Below are positions 9,401 to 21,700 of a DNA stretch of 64,000 bases, piece after piece. Each line of letters opens with the position of its first letter. Within the stretch, counting starts at the first letter, position 1. Both the position numbers and the translations under genes were made by a program. The stretch is from IMG/VR virus record IMGVR_UViG_3300033273_000398; one strand, 5' to 3'. The notes below the pieces were generated by a model, which searched no databases, had not been told where the DNA came from, and saw only the letters and a list, made by a program, of their open reading frames with translations. The stretch is from an uncultured virus (IMG/VR IMGVR_UViG_3300033273_000398) (taxonomy: Duplodnaviria; Heunggongvirae; Uroviricota; Caudoviricetes).

Positions 9401-10600
9401 GGATATAGCGTATTCTGGACTCAAGATCCTTTTATTCTTCAACCGCCATTGGCTAACTGGACTTCTGCAGATTCAGCATATGGATTTAGAGACTTTGCAG
9501 GATTAGGAGCTTCAACAAATGGAGAACATTATGGAAATTACATGCATTTTGAAAACTTATGGTATTACAATGGATATGGTAATAGCGGCGGATATAGCGT
9601 TAGATGTATGAAGGGTGGAATTGGAGATAATGGCGCACCTCAAGTAGTAGATGTATGCACAAAGTATTCTACTTATGTAGATAATCCAAATGGAACTGGC
9701 CAAATTGAAAAAAAATATTGCAACTATAATCCAGCAGGTACAGAATTTAATGAATCTGGATGTAGCTTTCTAGATGAATGTGGTGTTTGCGGAGGAGAAG
9801 GAATTCCAGATGGATTCTGCAATTGTGAAGGAGAAGTACTAGATGCAGTAGGAGTATGTGGTGGACCTTGTCCACAAGATGCAGACGGTGACGGTATTTG
9901 CGACGTTGTATTTAGAGAAACTGGCGGAGATGAGTCTCTTTGTGACTATGAATACTCAATAAATTACCGCGGAGTCGATTACGCAATCGGTGGTTATGGA
10001 GGTAACTGTTGGTTCTTAGATAACCTAAGAACAAATCAATGGAGCGACGGGTCGTTTATAACATCGTCTGCTGCCGGATCTTCATGGGCAGCTAATTCTG
10101 AGTCAGAATTATCGATCGTTAATACTAGATCTGATTTAAGTCCACAAGATAGAGACCTTTACGGTTACTTGTATAACTGGTACGCTGTAAATGATTCTAA
10201 GGGACTATGTCCATCTGGATGGCATGTTTCTTCAGAAGATGATTGGGAAGGATTAGAAAGATCTTTGGGCATGCCTGAAAATGAAATAATTAGAAACTCT
10301 ATACGAGGTGAAGAAAGCGGATGTGGCCAGGTTCTTAGAACAGGTGCAATTGAGTTTAATTCTAAGCCAGCTGGTATAATTACAGGAAAAGACGGTAAAA
10401 TTAGAGGAAGTGGCTTAGAAGCATACTACTGGACTTCAACACCATGGAATACAATTAAGCTACAATATCAAGACAACGCGTATCACAGAGCAATACTAGG
10501 CGAAAACACAACGGATGGTATAGTTAGATATAATCACAGCTGGGGTACTTCTGGAAGTAAGAAGCATGGATTGAGCGTTAGATGTGTAAAGAATAAATAA
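6437..10600 (+). CDS. Secreted protein: inactive M43-like domain, CARDB/FN3-like, two FISUMP domains
   Basis: Signal peptide ending NA-Q; VPVVVH and NYM Met-turn retained; zinc motif replaced by QAMGQYLMLYP; two GxQCWF/CWF...LCPxGxxV...SVRC domains; Cys-rich DECGVCGG linker. Confidence 0.85.
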   Translation: MKRILLLLTAFVFSIGLNAQLIPPATSPTLQSIEKSVDTKVKTIADNRSKGILKSGIDRVPVVVHIIHRGEPIDFNDRVIEQPYGANISYDQIVSSIDNLNDRFANTWVNYWEDPIEDVNARQSRSVNSQVQFSFAKRNPEGGPTDGIIRHNINNIGLEEAEVIKFMEEGINILGYEGTGSDKGASEIAIKEAVGWDPDKYVNIYVVPEIMDNNSTCGVVWHSTFPNENNSQGTRDGIIIQANRMGYGAHTGSLKGLNIDLVQAMGQYLMLYPVWYGNMTCDDAIDAYNAGQEDPTYCETNGDHVCDTDPIPWGCNSNCLEDPCATLQNNPMPAGWESTTTNYMYPLGSNFCPDHFTQGQIDRMQACLEGPRNSLITNSDVLNPLSVYDLKADISIERTCYDNYKPTVVVTNTGFNDVTNYTVSVDITSLGISMSFDENDLGPILTGTTLNIPFPELVIPNNGFYSVVANASITTDGVLEPFTANNTKTYPLTKYADGFINITATYRGTSGAPLYSIRNTDSGDLVLDTKKVFNNIAFSNREDIHANIFSFAGFLEYGGQLAEEYGIDGNIAPNVTYWIGNSGPVDELPYNTVTARYYLPPGNYAIAMSANRVTSNSGLFSIFSTYGCDPAPDGTGCELTVDALSDLLTELDRLYTLNEYSGLDPATGSNPYEYSAEYVEIPFTVVNNNNYSESCCVDSNSDGICDGFTLDELDPSVTILKDPNPQPTSLTMGAVVNREGVSQLLDVEFQLATDPAFTNLIATELVPYSQVNEEYFLLKKEISVEITGLTEDTQYYGRVRINDRGQNYYSSLIAERTTVDACGGASSITFNGRDYPLVTIGNQCWFAKNLQSDRLAASAGGTSLTDGTLALDWWTALGNGGTPAFAAVDGLNNTQLWDNGYGYFYNVTAAMTDGLCPDGFRVPYNADWMQLDTALGLIKTGTKLMIESRGGTNSTGFSDVLAGRRYAAGGSTVIDNPATGTVSDNNQGGYSVFWTQDPFILQPPLANWTSADSAYGFRDFAGLGASTNGEHYGNYMHFENLWYYNGYGNSGGYSVRCMKGGIGDNGAPQVVDVCTKYSTYVDNPNGTGQIEKKYCNYNPAGTEFNESGCSFLDECGVCGGEGIPDGFCNCEGEVLDAVGVCGGPCPQDADGDGICDVVFRETGGDESLCDYEYSINYRGVDYAIGGYGGNCWFLDNLRTNQWSDGSFITSSAAGSSWAANSESELSIVNTRSDLSPQDRDLYGYLYNWYAVNDSKGLCPSGWHVSSEDDWEGLERSLGMPENEIIRNSIRGEESGCGQVLRTGAIEFNSKPAGIITGKDGKIRGSGLEAYYWTSTPWNTIKLQYQDNAYHRAILGENTTDGIVRYNHSWGTSGSKKHGLSVRCVKNK

Positions 10601-10624
10601 TAAAATCAAAGAAACAATAAGACT

Positions 10625-13600
10625 ATGTTTAAACTTAAGCAACTTTTAGCTCTTTCAGCTGCCATGTTAATGTGGTTATTTGCTGATGCACAGGTTATTC
10701 AAAAGCCTACAAACTTAGGTAGTATACAGAAGTATGAAAACTCGTTAAAGTCTACTACTAATATAAGAAAAGCAGCCATCGCTGCTGGTACAAAATCAAT
10801 TCCACAATATAGTGTGCCTGTTGTAGTTCATGTTCTTCATGATTTTGATGAGGTTGACATGACCTTTAGATATCAGCAACAGGAAAGAACAACTAATATT
10901 TCTACATCTCAAATTAGAAACGCTATACAAAACTTGAATGCTAGATTTAGAAATACCTGGGTTCGTAATTGGGACCCAAATGCTGATCCAGAATCAGTAG
11001 ATATGGGTATTGGATTTGAATTGGCTACAGTAGATCCTACGGGTCGTCCCACAAATGGAATTCTTAGATATGATATAAATAATCTTGATTTCTTAACTGA
11101 TGCTCAAAAACTAGAGTTCAGTAAATATGGAATCACGTTTGATGGAGCTTCTACTAATTCAGAAAATGCACTATTACAAGTTGGAACCCGAGGTATTGAT
11201 ATTGGACTTTTCCAAAATGAATTTAACTGGGATCCAAACTATTATCTTAACATATACATTATTCCAGAAGTTAACGATAGTAATGGCCAGCTTTGTGGAA
11301 ATACTTACGCAGTTATTAACGGACCATATTCCGATCCTTCAACAACAAGACCTCAGAATGAAAGTATAGTAATGCAGTCTAACGCATTTGTATATGGCGG
11401 TTTTGCAGAGGGCGGTTTTATAAGGTATAATCTACCGTTAACACAGGCTGTAGGTTGGTGGGTAGGTCTTTTACCTACGTATTATAACACAAATGGATGT
11501 CCAGGAGAAGATGACCCATACTCCGTTGAGTACCAGTGGAGAAATCCAGAATTGTGTGAACAACTCGGTGACAGAGTTTGCGATACACAGCCGGATCTTA
11601 GAACGTGTGGAGGTCAAGCAGGATGTAATGTATCTTTGGAAGCTCAAGGATATACTATGCCATCTGGTTGGAGAGGATCTAGAGATAACTATATGAACGG
11701 AAGTGAATATAACCTATATGCAAATCATTTTACAACTGGACAGAAGGAGAGGGCACTTTCTACAATGGAAACCATAAGATCGGAAATGCTCACCGCGGCG
11801 ACATCTAGAACAGCTAGAATAAACGTACATGATATTTCTGTAACTCTTTCTATCGATAGATTGGAATACGACGTTTATCGTCCAGTGGCCTTTATAAACA
11901 ATCATGGTGGATTTGATGAAGAAGATATGAATCTAACAATAGAATTAGTAGGAGGATCTTCTTATAACTTTCCTAGTTCAGTTTTAGGTAAAGCTAGAAT
12001 TGGAGATGAATTACAAGTTGTTTTACCTAAGTTTATCATAGAAGACGAAGGTACACATACGTTTAGAGCAACTGTTTCTCTAGAAGGCGGAGTCATAGAT
12101 TCCTTTACAGACGATAATACATTTGATTATACCTTTGAAAAAGTACACGATGGAATCGTGCAGTGGGACGGAACTTTTGGAAAGTATAATGGATTTGACT
12201 TTTGGATAAAGGATAACAATATACCAGATGATCCATCTACCACAGTTTATGACGAATCTATGGTTCTAGATGGAAGAAAGACATATAATAGCGCTACTTA
12301 TTCTAAAAGAACAAAAAGGCTTTCTGAAAATTATTTTATAGGATATGGTATTAATTCAGAGGGTGTTATTGTAAACCCATATAGAACCTCCTTTGTAGGA
12401 GGATATGAAGATACTACTCTAGTAAACGCAGACGGTGGTCTAACCGCAGATCAAGATTCTTTGCTAAGAGGAGGTTTTGAAGCTAGATATTATCTACCAG
12501 AGGGAGATTATACAATGTACTATAGAGGATGGTGGGGCGTATTGAATCCTGAGGCAGCATGTGAACAATTCGGAGGTACTAACTGTTCTCAGGTTTGGGA
12601 TAATTTAGCAGCAGTAGGACTAGGGGCCGGCTTTACTGGTAAGCCATTTTATAGAGACTATGATAATGATACTCTTTTTGATTACAGAAGCTCATGTACT
12701 ACTGGAGATTGTATAGTTGAAGCTAAAGTAAATGGCGCTACAGTATTTAACGTTGACTATTCAAATCAACCGGAATACGGATATGTTGGAGTTGCACCCC
12801 CTCTTACATATGAGTTTACTAGAATGGAATTATCTGATCCTAACGATATTAATAGTCCATTAGTAGAGGTAACATATGGAGGACAACCTTGTTGGAACCC
12901 GGGAGCAGATAATTTTGACTTACCAGGCGATGAAGACAACCCGCTAAAGGGTTGCTCTAGAGGATGCTTAGCTAACTGGCATTATGACAGTGTGCAGTTT
13001 ACAGTTACAGGTTTAGAAAATATAAGTGAAGTTACTTGTAACGATAATAATGGTGATGGTATGTGTGATGGTTACGATCCAGAAGAATTTGTCGCAGCCG
13101 TACTTACACTAGAAGATATTAAAGCAACTATGTATACTCTAAACCTTAGAGCTAGGGCGGTAAGTCAAGGTTTAACTAGAATAGACTCAGCTGGTTTTGA
13201 GTTAGCAACTGATATTGCTTTCCAAAACATAGTTGTAGATACTACTAGGGCTTATAACTTTGTAAGCGATACTTATTTCCCATATAAGCCTTACTTTGAT
13301 GCAACTATAGGTGGACTAACTCCTAATACTACATATTATTATAGAGCGTTTATTGTTGATAGAGGCGAAAGAGTATATGGATTTCCAAAGCAAACTTCAA
13401 CCAATGCAAGCGAATGTCCTTCAGAAACAATCGTATATAATGGCATAACTTATGATCTCGTTAGCGTTGGAAATCAGTGTTGGTTTAATGAGGACCTTAA
13501 AACTCTTCAAGATAACCAAGGAAACCTTCTTACTGATGTAACAGTTCATAATGGAGTTTCCTCAGTAGGTGTTCAAAATGGATATACTGCATATGGAATT

Positions 13601-15661
13601 CACGTTCCAGGTGGTAGTCCAGGCGACTACATACTTTCCCCATATTTGAGACCACAATACAATCCTGATAAGTTGGATCAGGACGAAAGAAGAGACTTTT
13701 TTGAACCACTAGATAGTTTGACAGTTTATGCTAATTATAATAATGAACAGATTGTTTTTAACCAAATAGGTATTACACAAGCAGCGTTTGAAAGCGAAGG
13801 AGTTAAAAAAGGACACTTATATAATTATCACGCAGCAAGAAACGAAGCAATATGTCCTGTTGGATTTAGAGTTCCAAACGCCGCTGATTGGCAGGAATTA
13901 GAAGATTATCTAGATCCTAATGCAACTGCTAAAATAGGTTTAACTTCAGGCGCCGTAAATAGTGGTCTTGTAATGTTCCCTGCTGGAGTTTCTCTTAGAT
14001 CTTTTATTGATCCGTTCGACTGGGGAGATATTTATTGCTGTGACTTGATTAATTGGTGGGCTAAGTCAAGATGGGTTAACGAAGATGTTGCAGTATGGAA
14101 TGATGGTGCGCAGGCTGATGAACCAGAGCCAAACTTTAACGTATATCCATTTGACGGTTCTGTAAACTGGGATCCTCTAAACGACGGAAGATTCCCAACT
14201 CTTGAGATACCACATCTTAGATTTAGAAATACAGGATGGGGATCAAATAACGATACGTATGACTACGGTAGCTTTGGTCTAGGAGAAGATGAATCAGGTT
14301 ATCTCTTTTTTAATCACAACGGTATGATGCCTATACGTTGTGTTGCTACAGGTACCCCATATGTAAATGCAACTACTGGATGTACAAATCCAGATGCATG
14401 TAACTATGACCAGGCAGCGTATCCAAATAACCCGGATGCATTTGAATGCATATTTAGAGATGAATGTGGTGTTTGTGATGGAGAAGGTATTCCAGTAGGA
14501 TTCTGTGACTGCCAAGGTAATGTATTAGATGCGCTAGGTGTATGTGGAGGTACATGTCTATCTGATCTAAATAACAACTTAATATGTGATATAGATGAGC
14601 TTAGATTTAGTCCAGCTTGCGGTAATGAGGCAGCAATAGATTACTTAGGAGAGACATATACTGTTACTGGAATTGGAGATCAGTGCTGGTTTGTCGATAA
14701 CTTAAATGCAACTACATTTAACTCAACCACGGAATACCAGCCAATAACTGAAATTACAGATAATGATGTATGGAAAGATTTAGAGTCACCTGCATATTCT
14801 ACATACGATAATGACCAAATATACGCTACGGCATATGGTCGCCTTTACAATTGGTATGCAGTAGAAACCGGAAATCTTTGTCCTGTTGGTTGGAGAGTTC
14901 CATCGGATGATGATTGGAAAGATCTTGAAGATGCATTGGGTGTAACTGATGACCAAATTGTTAGAAAGGGTAATAGAGGAGAAGATGTGGCTGCTGGTGA
15001 CATGCTTAGACAAAATGTAGGTTTAACTTTCTTTACTTCTATTCCAGGTGGTATAAGACTTTCAACAGACGGTTCATTTAGACAATTTGGCGATCATGCT
15101 TACTACTGGACTTCAACCGATGCTAGCAACGCATTTTCTTCTAGAAAAAATAATGCTTATCATAGAGGCATTGCACCTCAATCTATATCAGACGGTATTT
15201 ACAGATATTCAGATAGCTGGGCAACTTCTAACTCTAAGCAACATGGCTTAAGCGTTAGATGTATGAGAGACGCAGAAATTGAAAACCCATCACTAAGTAT
15301 AGCTATAGGTACTAGAGGCAGTAATCCTACTTATGGCACTAACGAGTTTACAATTTATGCAAGGTATGGAAAATATGTCGTAAATGGAACTGAAGAAAGC
15401 CCATCTATAAGCTTGACAAGAGGAGAAACATATACGTTTAACATCTCAGCACCTGGACATCCATTTAGATTGTCTAGACTTGATCCTGGATCTGAAGGAG
15501 GATATGAAGAATATACTTCTGGCGTAAATAAGGGCACGTATAATAGTTCAACTGGAACCGGTGCAATTACATTTACAGTTCCTGCAAATGCACCTAGCGT
15601 GATGTATTATGAGTGTGAAACTCACCCAAGTATGAGAGGAACAATAAACATTTCTGACTAA
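10625..15661 (+). CDS. Secreted protein: inactive M43-like domain, two FISUMP domains, C-terminal cupredoxin-like domain
   Basis: Zinc motif replaced by QAVGWWVGLLP; C-terminal GHPF...YYECETHPSMRG. Confidence 0.85.
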   Translation: MFKLKQLLALSAAMLMWLFADAQVIQKPTNLGSIQKYENSLKSTTNIRKAAIAAGTKSIPQYSVPVVVHVLHDFDEVDMTFRYQQQERTTNISTSQIRNAIQNLNARFRNTWVRNWDPNADPESVDMGIGFELATVDPTGRPTNGILRYDINNLDFLTDAQKLEFSKYGITFDGASTNSENALLQVGTRGIDIGLFQNEFNWDPNYYLNIYIIPEVNDSNGQLCGNTYAVINGPYSDPSTTRPQNESIVMQSNAFVYGGFAEGGFIRYNLPLTQAVGWWVGLLPTYYNTNGCPGEDDPYSVEYQWRNPELCEQLGDRVCDTQPDLRTCGGQAGCNVSLEAQGYTMPSGWRGSRDNYMNGSEYNLYANHFTTGQKERALSTMETIRSEMLTAATSRTARINVHDISVTLSIDRLEYDVYRPVAFINNHGGFDEEDMNLTIELVGGSSYNFPSSVLGKARIGDELQVVLPKFIIEDEGTHTFRATVSLEGGVIDSFTDDNTFDYTFEKVHDGIVQWDGTFGKYNGFDFWIKDNNIPDDPSTTVYDESMVLDGRKTYNSATYSKRTKRLSENYFIGYGINSEGVIVNPYRTSFVGGYEDTTLVNADGGLTADQDSLLRGGFEARYYLPEGDYTMYYRGWWGVLNPEAACEQFGGTNCSQVWDNLAAVGLGAGFTGKPFYRDYDNDTLFDYRSSCTTGDCIVEAKVNGATVFNVDYSNQPEYGYVGVAPPLTYEFTRMELSDPNDINSPLVEVTYGGQPCWNPGADNFDLPGDEDNPLKGCSRGCLANWHYDSVQFTVTGLENISEVTCNDNNGDGMCDGYDPEEFVAAVLTLEDIKATMYTLNLRARAVSQGLTRIDSAGFELATDIAFQNIVVDTTRAYNFVSDTYFPYKPYFDATIGGLTPNTTYYYRAFIVDRGERVYGFPKQTSTNASECPSETIVYNGITYDLVSVGNQCWFNEDLKTLQDNQGNLLTDVTVHNGVSSVGVQNGYTAYGIHVPGGSPGDYILSPYLRPQYNPDKLDQDERRDFFEPLDSLTVYANYNNEQIVFNQIGITQAAFESEGVKKGHLYNYHAARNEAICPVGFRVPNAADWQELEDYLDPNATAKIGLTSGAVNSGLVMFPAGVSLRSFIDPFDWGDIYCCDLINWWAKSRWVNEDVAVWNDGAQADEPEPNFNVYPFDGSVNWDPLNDGRFPTLEIPHLRFRNTGWGSNNDTYDYGSFGLGEDESGYLFFNHNGMMPIRCVATGTPYVNATTGCTNPDACNYDQAAYPNNPDAFECIFRDECGVCDGEGIPVGFCDCQGNVLDALGVCGGTCLSDLNNNLICDIDELRFSPACGNEAAIDYLGETYTVTGIGDQCWFVDNLNATTFNSTTEYQPITEITDNDVWKDLESPAYSTYDNDQIYATAYGRLYNWYAVETGNLCPVGWRVPSDDDWKDLEDALGVTDDQIVRKGNRGEDVAAGDMLRQNVGLTFFTSIPGGIRLSTDGSFRQFGDHAYYWTSTDASNAFSSRKNNAYHRGIAPQSISDGIYRYSDSWATSNSKQHGLSVRCMRDAEIENPSLSIAIGTRGSNPTYGTNEFTIYARYGKYVVNGTEESPSISLTRGETYTFNISAPGHPFRLSRLDPGSEGGYEEYTSGVNKGTYNSSTGTGAITFTVPANAPSVMYYECETHPSMRGTINISD

Positions 15662-15681
15662 TTACAACTATGAAAATAAGG

Positions 15682-15710
15682 AAAGGGCCGCTGGAAAGTG
15701 GCCCTTTTTC
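15682..15710 (+). terminator. Rho-independent terminator
   Basis: AAAGGGCCGCT-ggaa-AGTGGCCCTTT followed by further Ts. Confidence 0.8.
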
Positions 15711-15714
15711 ATTT

Positions 15715-15743
15715 GATATATAAACCAGATAAATTTGATTAAA
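15715..15743 (+). promoter_or_regulatory. Putative late promoter block, duplicated at 21779
   Basis: GATATATAAACCAGATAAATTTGATTAAA is identical at 15715 and 21779. Confidence 0.65.
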
Positions 15744-15754
15744 CACGTTTAATA

Positions 15755-18700
15755 ATGGGGAAACTAAAATACGTAATAACGGGTATATTTTTTGTTCTGT
15801 CATTTAACTTATTTTCGCAAAAAAATAATGGCAGATTTTTTATACCAGGACAGGATGCTGAACTAGAATACAGCACGGCTTTACAGAGAACTATAGAAGC
15901 AACAAAAGAATACGAATCAAAAAGTTCTTATAAAAAGACTTCTGAAAATTTTAAATTTGAAGATTCAGAGGTTTTACATATTCCTGTGGTTTTTCATATT
16001 CTTAGTCTAGATAATTCTGTAGATCTTGATCCGTTTAATGTAGAAACTTCTGATGCAATCAATGTTAATGTAAATAGACATGTTATTGAACAGACCATGA
16101 AATATGTAAATTCAAGGCTTAGAAACGAATATCTAGACAGAGCGCATTACAGCCCTTCTGCCGGATTTCCAGGATCTATTGAATTTGCCAATCAGTGGTA
16201 TAATGAAACCTTAGGATTCGAGGGTGGTGATGTTTCACCTATATGGGCTGCTGAAATAGAACCAAGCTCGGTTGACGTTGGTATTGAATTCCATCTTGCA
16301 ACAATAGATCCTTCTGGAAACCCAACAGATGGCATTGTTAGACATAATATGTCAGATAACTTACCTTATAGAACTTTTGGTATTACTACAAATAACTTTT
16401 ATTTTTCAGACGAATTTGGTGTTGACAAAAGTATCGATGATTTTTTAAATAGTAATTCCAGTGCGACTGTCCAATTTGGAGTAGAGTTTGCTAGAAGAAG
16501 AGCACTTAGAGATTCTTTTAAATCGCAAGGATACTCTACAACCGGAATAGAAATAATGAGAGATATTGGGTGGCCTTCTGCAAATTACTTAAACATATTT
16601 ATAGTTGATGAAATAGACAATTTAGGTACTATATGTTCTAATCCAGGAATATGTTGTCTCAACACGCCAAACGAACCTACCGAAAATCTTTCATTAAGTG
16701 ATACACAATATGGAGTAGTCTACCCTGCTTCTAAACTAACACTCTCTACTAGTAGAAAGTCTGGAATTCATGAAACTAGTAAAGACGTTATGGTTGCTAT
16801 TGCACAATACTTTAATCTACTTCCGGTTTATGCCGGATATGACAATTGTGAAGATCTTCAAAATGCACCATCCGATCCTCTTTATGGAGATGGAGTAGCA
16901 GATACAAAGCCTACTACAGTAAATAAAGGATGTGGCATATATGTTAATGAATGTTTTAATTCAGGTTGTTCTGTTGAAGATTATCCAGAAGGAGCACCTG
17001 ACTTTCAAAATTATATGGACGGATCTTCATGCGCTAGAAGATTTACACCTGGACAAGTAGATAGATGGCGGGCTGATATTCTTGAAAACAAGTCTACAAT
17101 GCTTAACGACTTTTGGAAAGTCGACCCTACTTCTAACGTTACTGTAGATCTTTCTGTAAATAGAACTGGATATTATGAATATGAACCAGTAGTTCATTTA
17201 AAAAACACAGGAAGTGAAATTATAAATACGTATGAGATTGAAGTACACTTATTGCCCAACTTAGTAGATGACTTACGGGTATCTTTTTCTAATGCAAACT
17301 TAGGTCCAATATATCCAGATGAAGACTTTGTAGTTCGCTTTCCAGAGTTTCAACTAGTAGAGTTTAAGGAATACGTTATGAATGCTCAATTCAGTAGTGA
17401 CGAAGATCTAATTCCTTCTGATAATAACTCTACTATTCTAATTAAAAAAGAAAGAGACCTAGAAATTTCAACTCAAATAAGAACTAGAAACTATAATCCA
17501 GGTCGCACCCAGATCGGCCCCAATGTCGACAGAGATTACACCAGAAATCTTAGAAGTCAACCATTTATATGGGCTCAAAGATATAGCCAAGATACTAATA
17601 ATTATACTTTAAGGTCATTTATTGCACCACCTGGGAATATAGGAGGTTATTCTGAAGCATTTGAAAATGCACTAGTTCCTTATAAAACATATTCAACCAC
17701 TACTTATTCAGAAGGAATTGATATTGCGCTTAACGCTTCACAGCTTACCAGGGCTTCTGGAAATTTAGATTTCCCTACAAATCCAGATGACGTTGTTGAG
17801 TCTTATAGAACATTCTATAAAGAAAGTAGTAAGTTTATAGAAAGAGATTCATCCATACAGTTAAATGTAGATGAAAAAATGTATCTAAGACCAGGTTCTT
17901 GGGAAATCAACATAATGAATAAACAAAACATAGTTTCTATCATGGGCCCGGCCCCGCTTTCTTTCTTTAATGAAAATATTCCTAGGATTGGTACGCTTTT
18001 TTCATTTTTTAGCGAGTGTCAAGACCCTGACGCCCCTGTTTTTGCACAGAACGAAGCTAGTGGATATGGTGGAGTCTCTCAAAATATAGATCCAGATGAT
18101 TGTTTCTTTAAGGTTGATGCAAACTCGCAGAATATATTTGAATTAGATGCTACTGATTTTAACATAAAGCAGTCTTGTTTTAATCCAGATCTTGAAAGGT
18201 ACTCTTTTAATCCTAATGCAGTTTCCGTAGAAGAACATAATGCATATAATGAATGGAGGCGAGATTGTCTAGGACCTGGCGGTTTTGGTAATGTGATAAC
18301 AAATTGGCAAGCTGGACTTTCTTTCTTTAATGATTCACTAAATACCTTTATATACAATAATGAAAATCCAGATAATAATCCATATAGATTTTCAATTACA
18401 CGTATAATAAACACTGAAGACTATGAATCACCGGATGTAGTTCCGTGTGATGATTTTGATATTGACCCATATGGGAATAGAATTTGCATGTCTAATTTTA
18501 ACGATCTAAATCCTGCGGTTAATTTAGTAGAATTAGAATTTAACCCCCCTGATACTACAACAATAAAGTTAGGCGTATCTGTTGTTGAAATGGGTTATAT
18601 TGATTCAGATTCTATTACTTTTGAAATATCTACAGATCCATCCTTTAATTCAGGTGTTATATCTAGCACTGTTTTGTTAAACAAGATAAACAAATTGGCA

Positions 18701-21700
18701 GGTTCAGACGTATTGATGGTAGTCGGAGCAGCGCACGAAGAAAGAAGCAGGCTTTACGATGCTAATCAATCTAAGAATTCTCCAAATCCATCAACATACT
18801 ATGTCTTTGAAAATTTAGACCTAAATAATACGTACTATTATAGAATTTCTTTAGGAGAAAGACTTATTTTTGCCGGTGAAAAAGACTATGTTGGATCTTG
18901 TCCTGGATTAACTACAACTCATAATGGGGTAGTTTATGAACTAACTAGCATAGGAAACCAGTGTTGGCTAAAAAGAGAACTTGCTACTGATAAATTTAAT
19001 AACGGAGATCCTATTAAGAACGCACATAACGTATTCTTAGGAACGGAAACACCGAACACATACGAAGACATAATTAATCTAATTCAAGATAGAGAGTTTT
19101 TCCTACCCGGAGACATCACTGCATCATATGCAGAAAAGGGAATTACATTTACACCAGGAACGCAACCTTATGACAGTCTATCATATGCATTTGGAATAGA
19201 TTATTATGATGAGGACTTTAATATTATAGATACTTTAAGAAATAAAGCATCTAAAATCATAAGAGAATTACAGCTAACTGGTAGAGTTCCTTGGGGAATT
19301 GAGAGGATTTTAGATCCAGAGACAGGTTTGCCTATACCCGGAGATGGTACTCTTTATACCCAACTTACAGTACAGGACACAATGATGCAAGTTTTAACCG
19401 CAGTAGAATTTGAACAATTTGATGAATGGGTAAATACTTCTTTAGGTGACATAACTGAACCTATGTTTAAAATACCTTACGAGTCTTACCGTAATGTAAT
19501 TATAGGAACGGTTTCCGATGAGCCTTACATAAATGGTAATTTTGGAACTGGTGAATCAGGAGATGGCTATCTTACGGAAGAACAGTATGGCTGGAAACAA
19601 CAGTACTCTAGTTACCCTAATTATAAACTAAATGACAGAGGTTACATTTATAACTACGCAACCATAGTCGATGATAGGGGAATATGTCCTGCTGGATTTA
19701 GAGTTCCTTCACATCATGATATTAAAGAGTTTTATGATTATACAGTGGCCGGTGACTTTAATTCTAATTTTCTATTTGTATCTGATGAAAATCCGAATAA
19801 CAATTATGATCCAGATAATGGCGAACCTATAAACGCATACAACTCCTTGCAGGGATTTGATTCATATAACTTTGACTTTAAGCCATTTCCGGCATTAGAT
19901 CCCTTTGAGTTATTGGGTCGAATAGATCCTTGGAGAATCAAAATCGATGAAGAAGGTAAGATGTATGCGGGCTTACCTGATTTTACACCGGGCGCTTCGG
20001 GAGGAAACGCATCTGACATATATGTTAAAAAAGTAAGAGATTGGGTAAGGGGCTCTAATCTTCTTGAGGCGACTGACGGAAGAAGACGGGGCCAGTGGCA
20101 AAGATGGGTAATTGATGCTGAAAAGATGGATGACAGATTAGCTGTGATTTCATCACCAGACGTTGATGGAGATTCTACATTTTGGGGATATCATCCTAAT
20201 TGGAAAAATAAAAGCCATGGCCTTTGGTTATGGGATATGGAAAAACCAAGTCCTTCATTTTCATACGCCTCTAGAAACACCGTTGCTTTATCCCCATGGT
20301 ATGGTTTACAAATAGTGCACCCTGCAACTCCAGCAGATACTACTACATTTAGAGCAGGACCATTAAAGCTACATATACAAAATCATAATGGACTTACTAG
20401 ATTTGAGGTTGGTAATTCTTTGACTCCGGACATAGATGAAGGTTATCCTGATTTTTGTCCAATCCCAGAGGCCGCATATGGATGCGATGCCTATACTGAG
20501 GTTGATCCACCATATGTACTGCCTCCTGGATTTTGGGATAACGGAAGGCTTGGAATGTTAAATATACCTAAACCAAATAATAGCTCAGTCCATCCAAAGT
20601 CTATTGTATACTTACCACTTTATAATGAAAACGATACAATATCTACGACTGTTTCTAACTATACTACCGATGCGGCTACTAGTTTGTGGAAAACTGCCGC
20701 TATGGGCCGTGGTGTTAGATGTGTATCTGGTGGAAATGAAGTAGATTATACTACTATCGTAGGTAACCAAATTAGCCAGGCTGTCGAAGGAGGCTATGAG
20801 TTTAGTGACAACGGCATCGAGTATGAAAACCTTTACAAAAGAATGAGAGCGGTTTGCGACTTTGACGTAACTGCAAACATAAATTCAGGAGAAAGACCTA
20901 AAGTTTGGAATCAGTGTGAACAGTGTGGTGAAGAGTCAATTACATTAGATGATATATTTTGCGACTGCGAGGGCAATGTATACGATGCTATTGGAATTTG
21001 TGGAGGTACATGTTTGAACGATTTTGATAATGATGGAATTTGCGACGATGGGCCTAATTCTGGTTTATTTCAAAACCCATGTCAAGGTGAAAATGTTTTA
21101 ACTTATCAATTTTACGATTATGAACTAGTAGAAATTGCAAATCAATGTTGGTTTGCTGAAAACTTAAGGGCTCCATTGTTTAATGATAATTCAAACATAC
21201 AAGGAATATTAAACTCTAATGATTGGAAAAACGCAGAAGAACCATCATATACTTTAGCAGAAAATAGCGATGGATCGTTTAATCAAGATTATGGATTTTT
21301 CTACAACTGGTATGCAGTAGAAACTGGAAAACTATGCCCATCTGGATGGCATGTTCCTGGTGATAAAGATTGGAACACTTTAGAAAGAAATTTAGGAGTG
21401 TCAGAAAATCAAATAATTAGAAAAAGTGTAAGAGGTGAGGATGCACTAATAGGCAATAAACTTAAACCAGGTGGGATTTCCAACATGAACCTAGGACTAA
21501 ACGGATTAAGGGTAGGTGCGTCCGGCAAGTTTAAAGAAATGGGTAATAAAGGACTTTATTGGTCTTCTACTGATGCAAAGGATTCTAGATCTTCTAGAAA
21601 AGAAAACGCAATCCACCGCGGAGTTACTAGTAACTCTTCAGGAATACTTAGATATTCTGATAGTTGGTCTACTTCAAATACCAAAAAACATGGACTAAAT

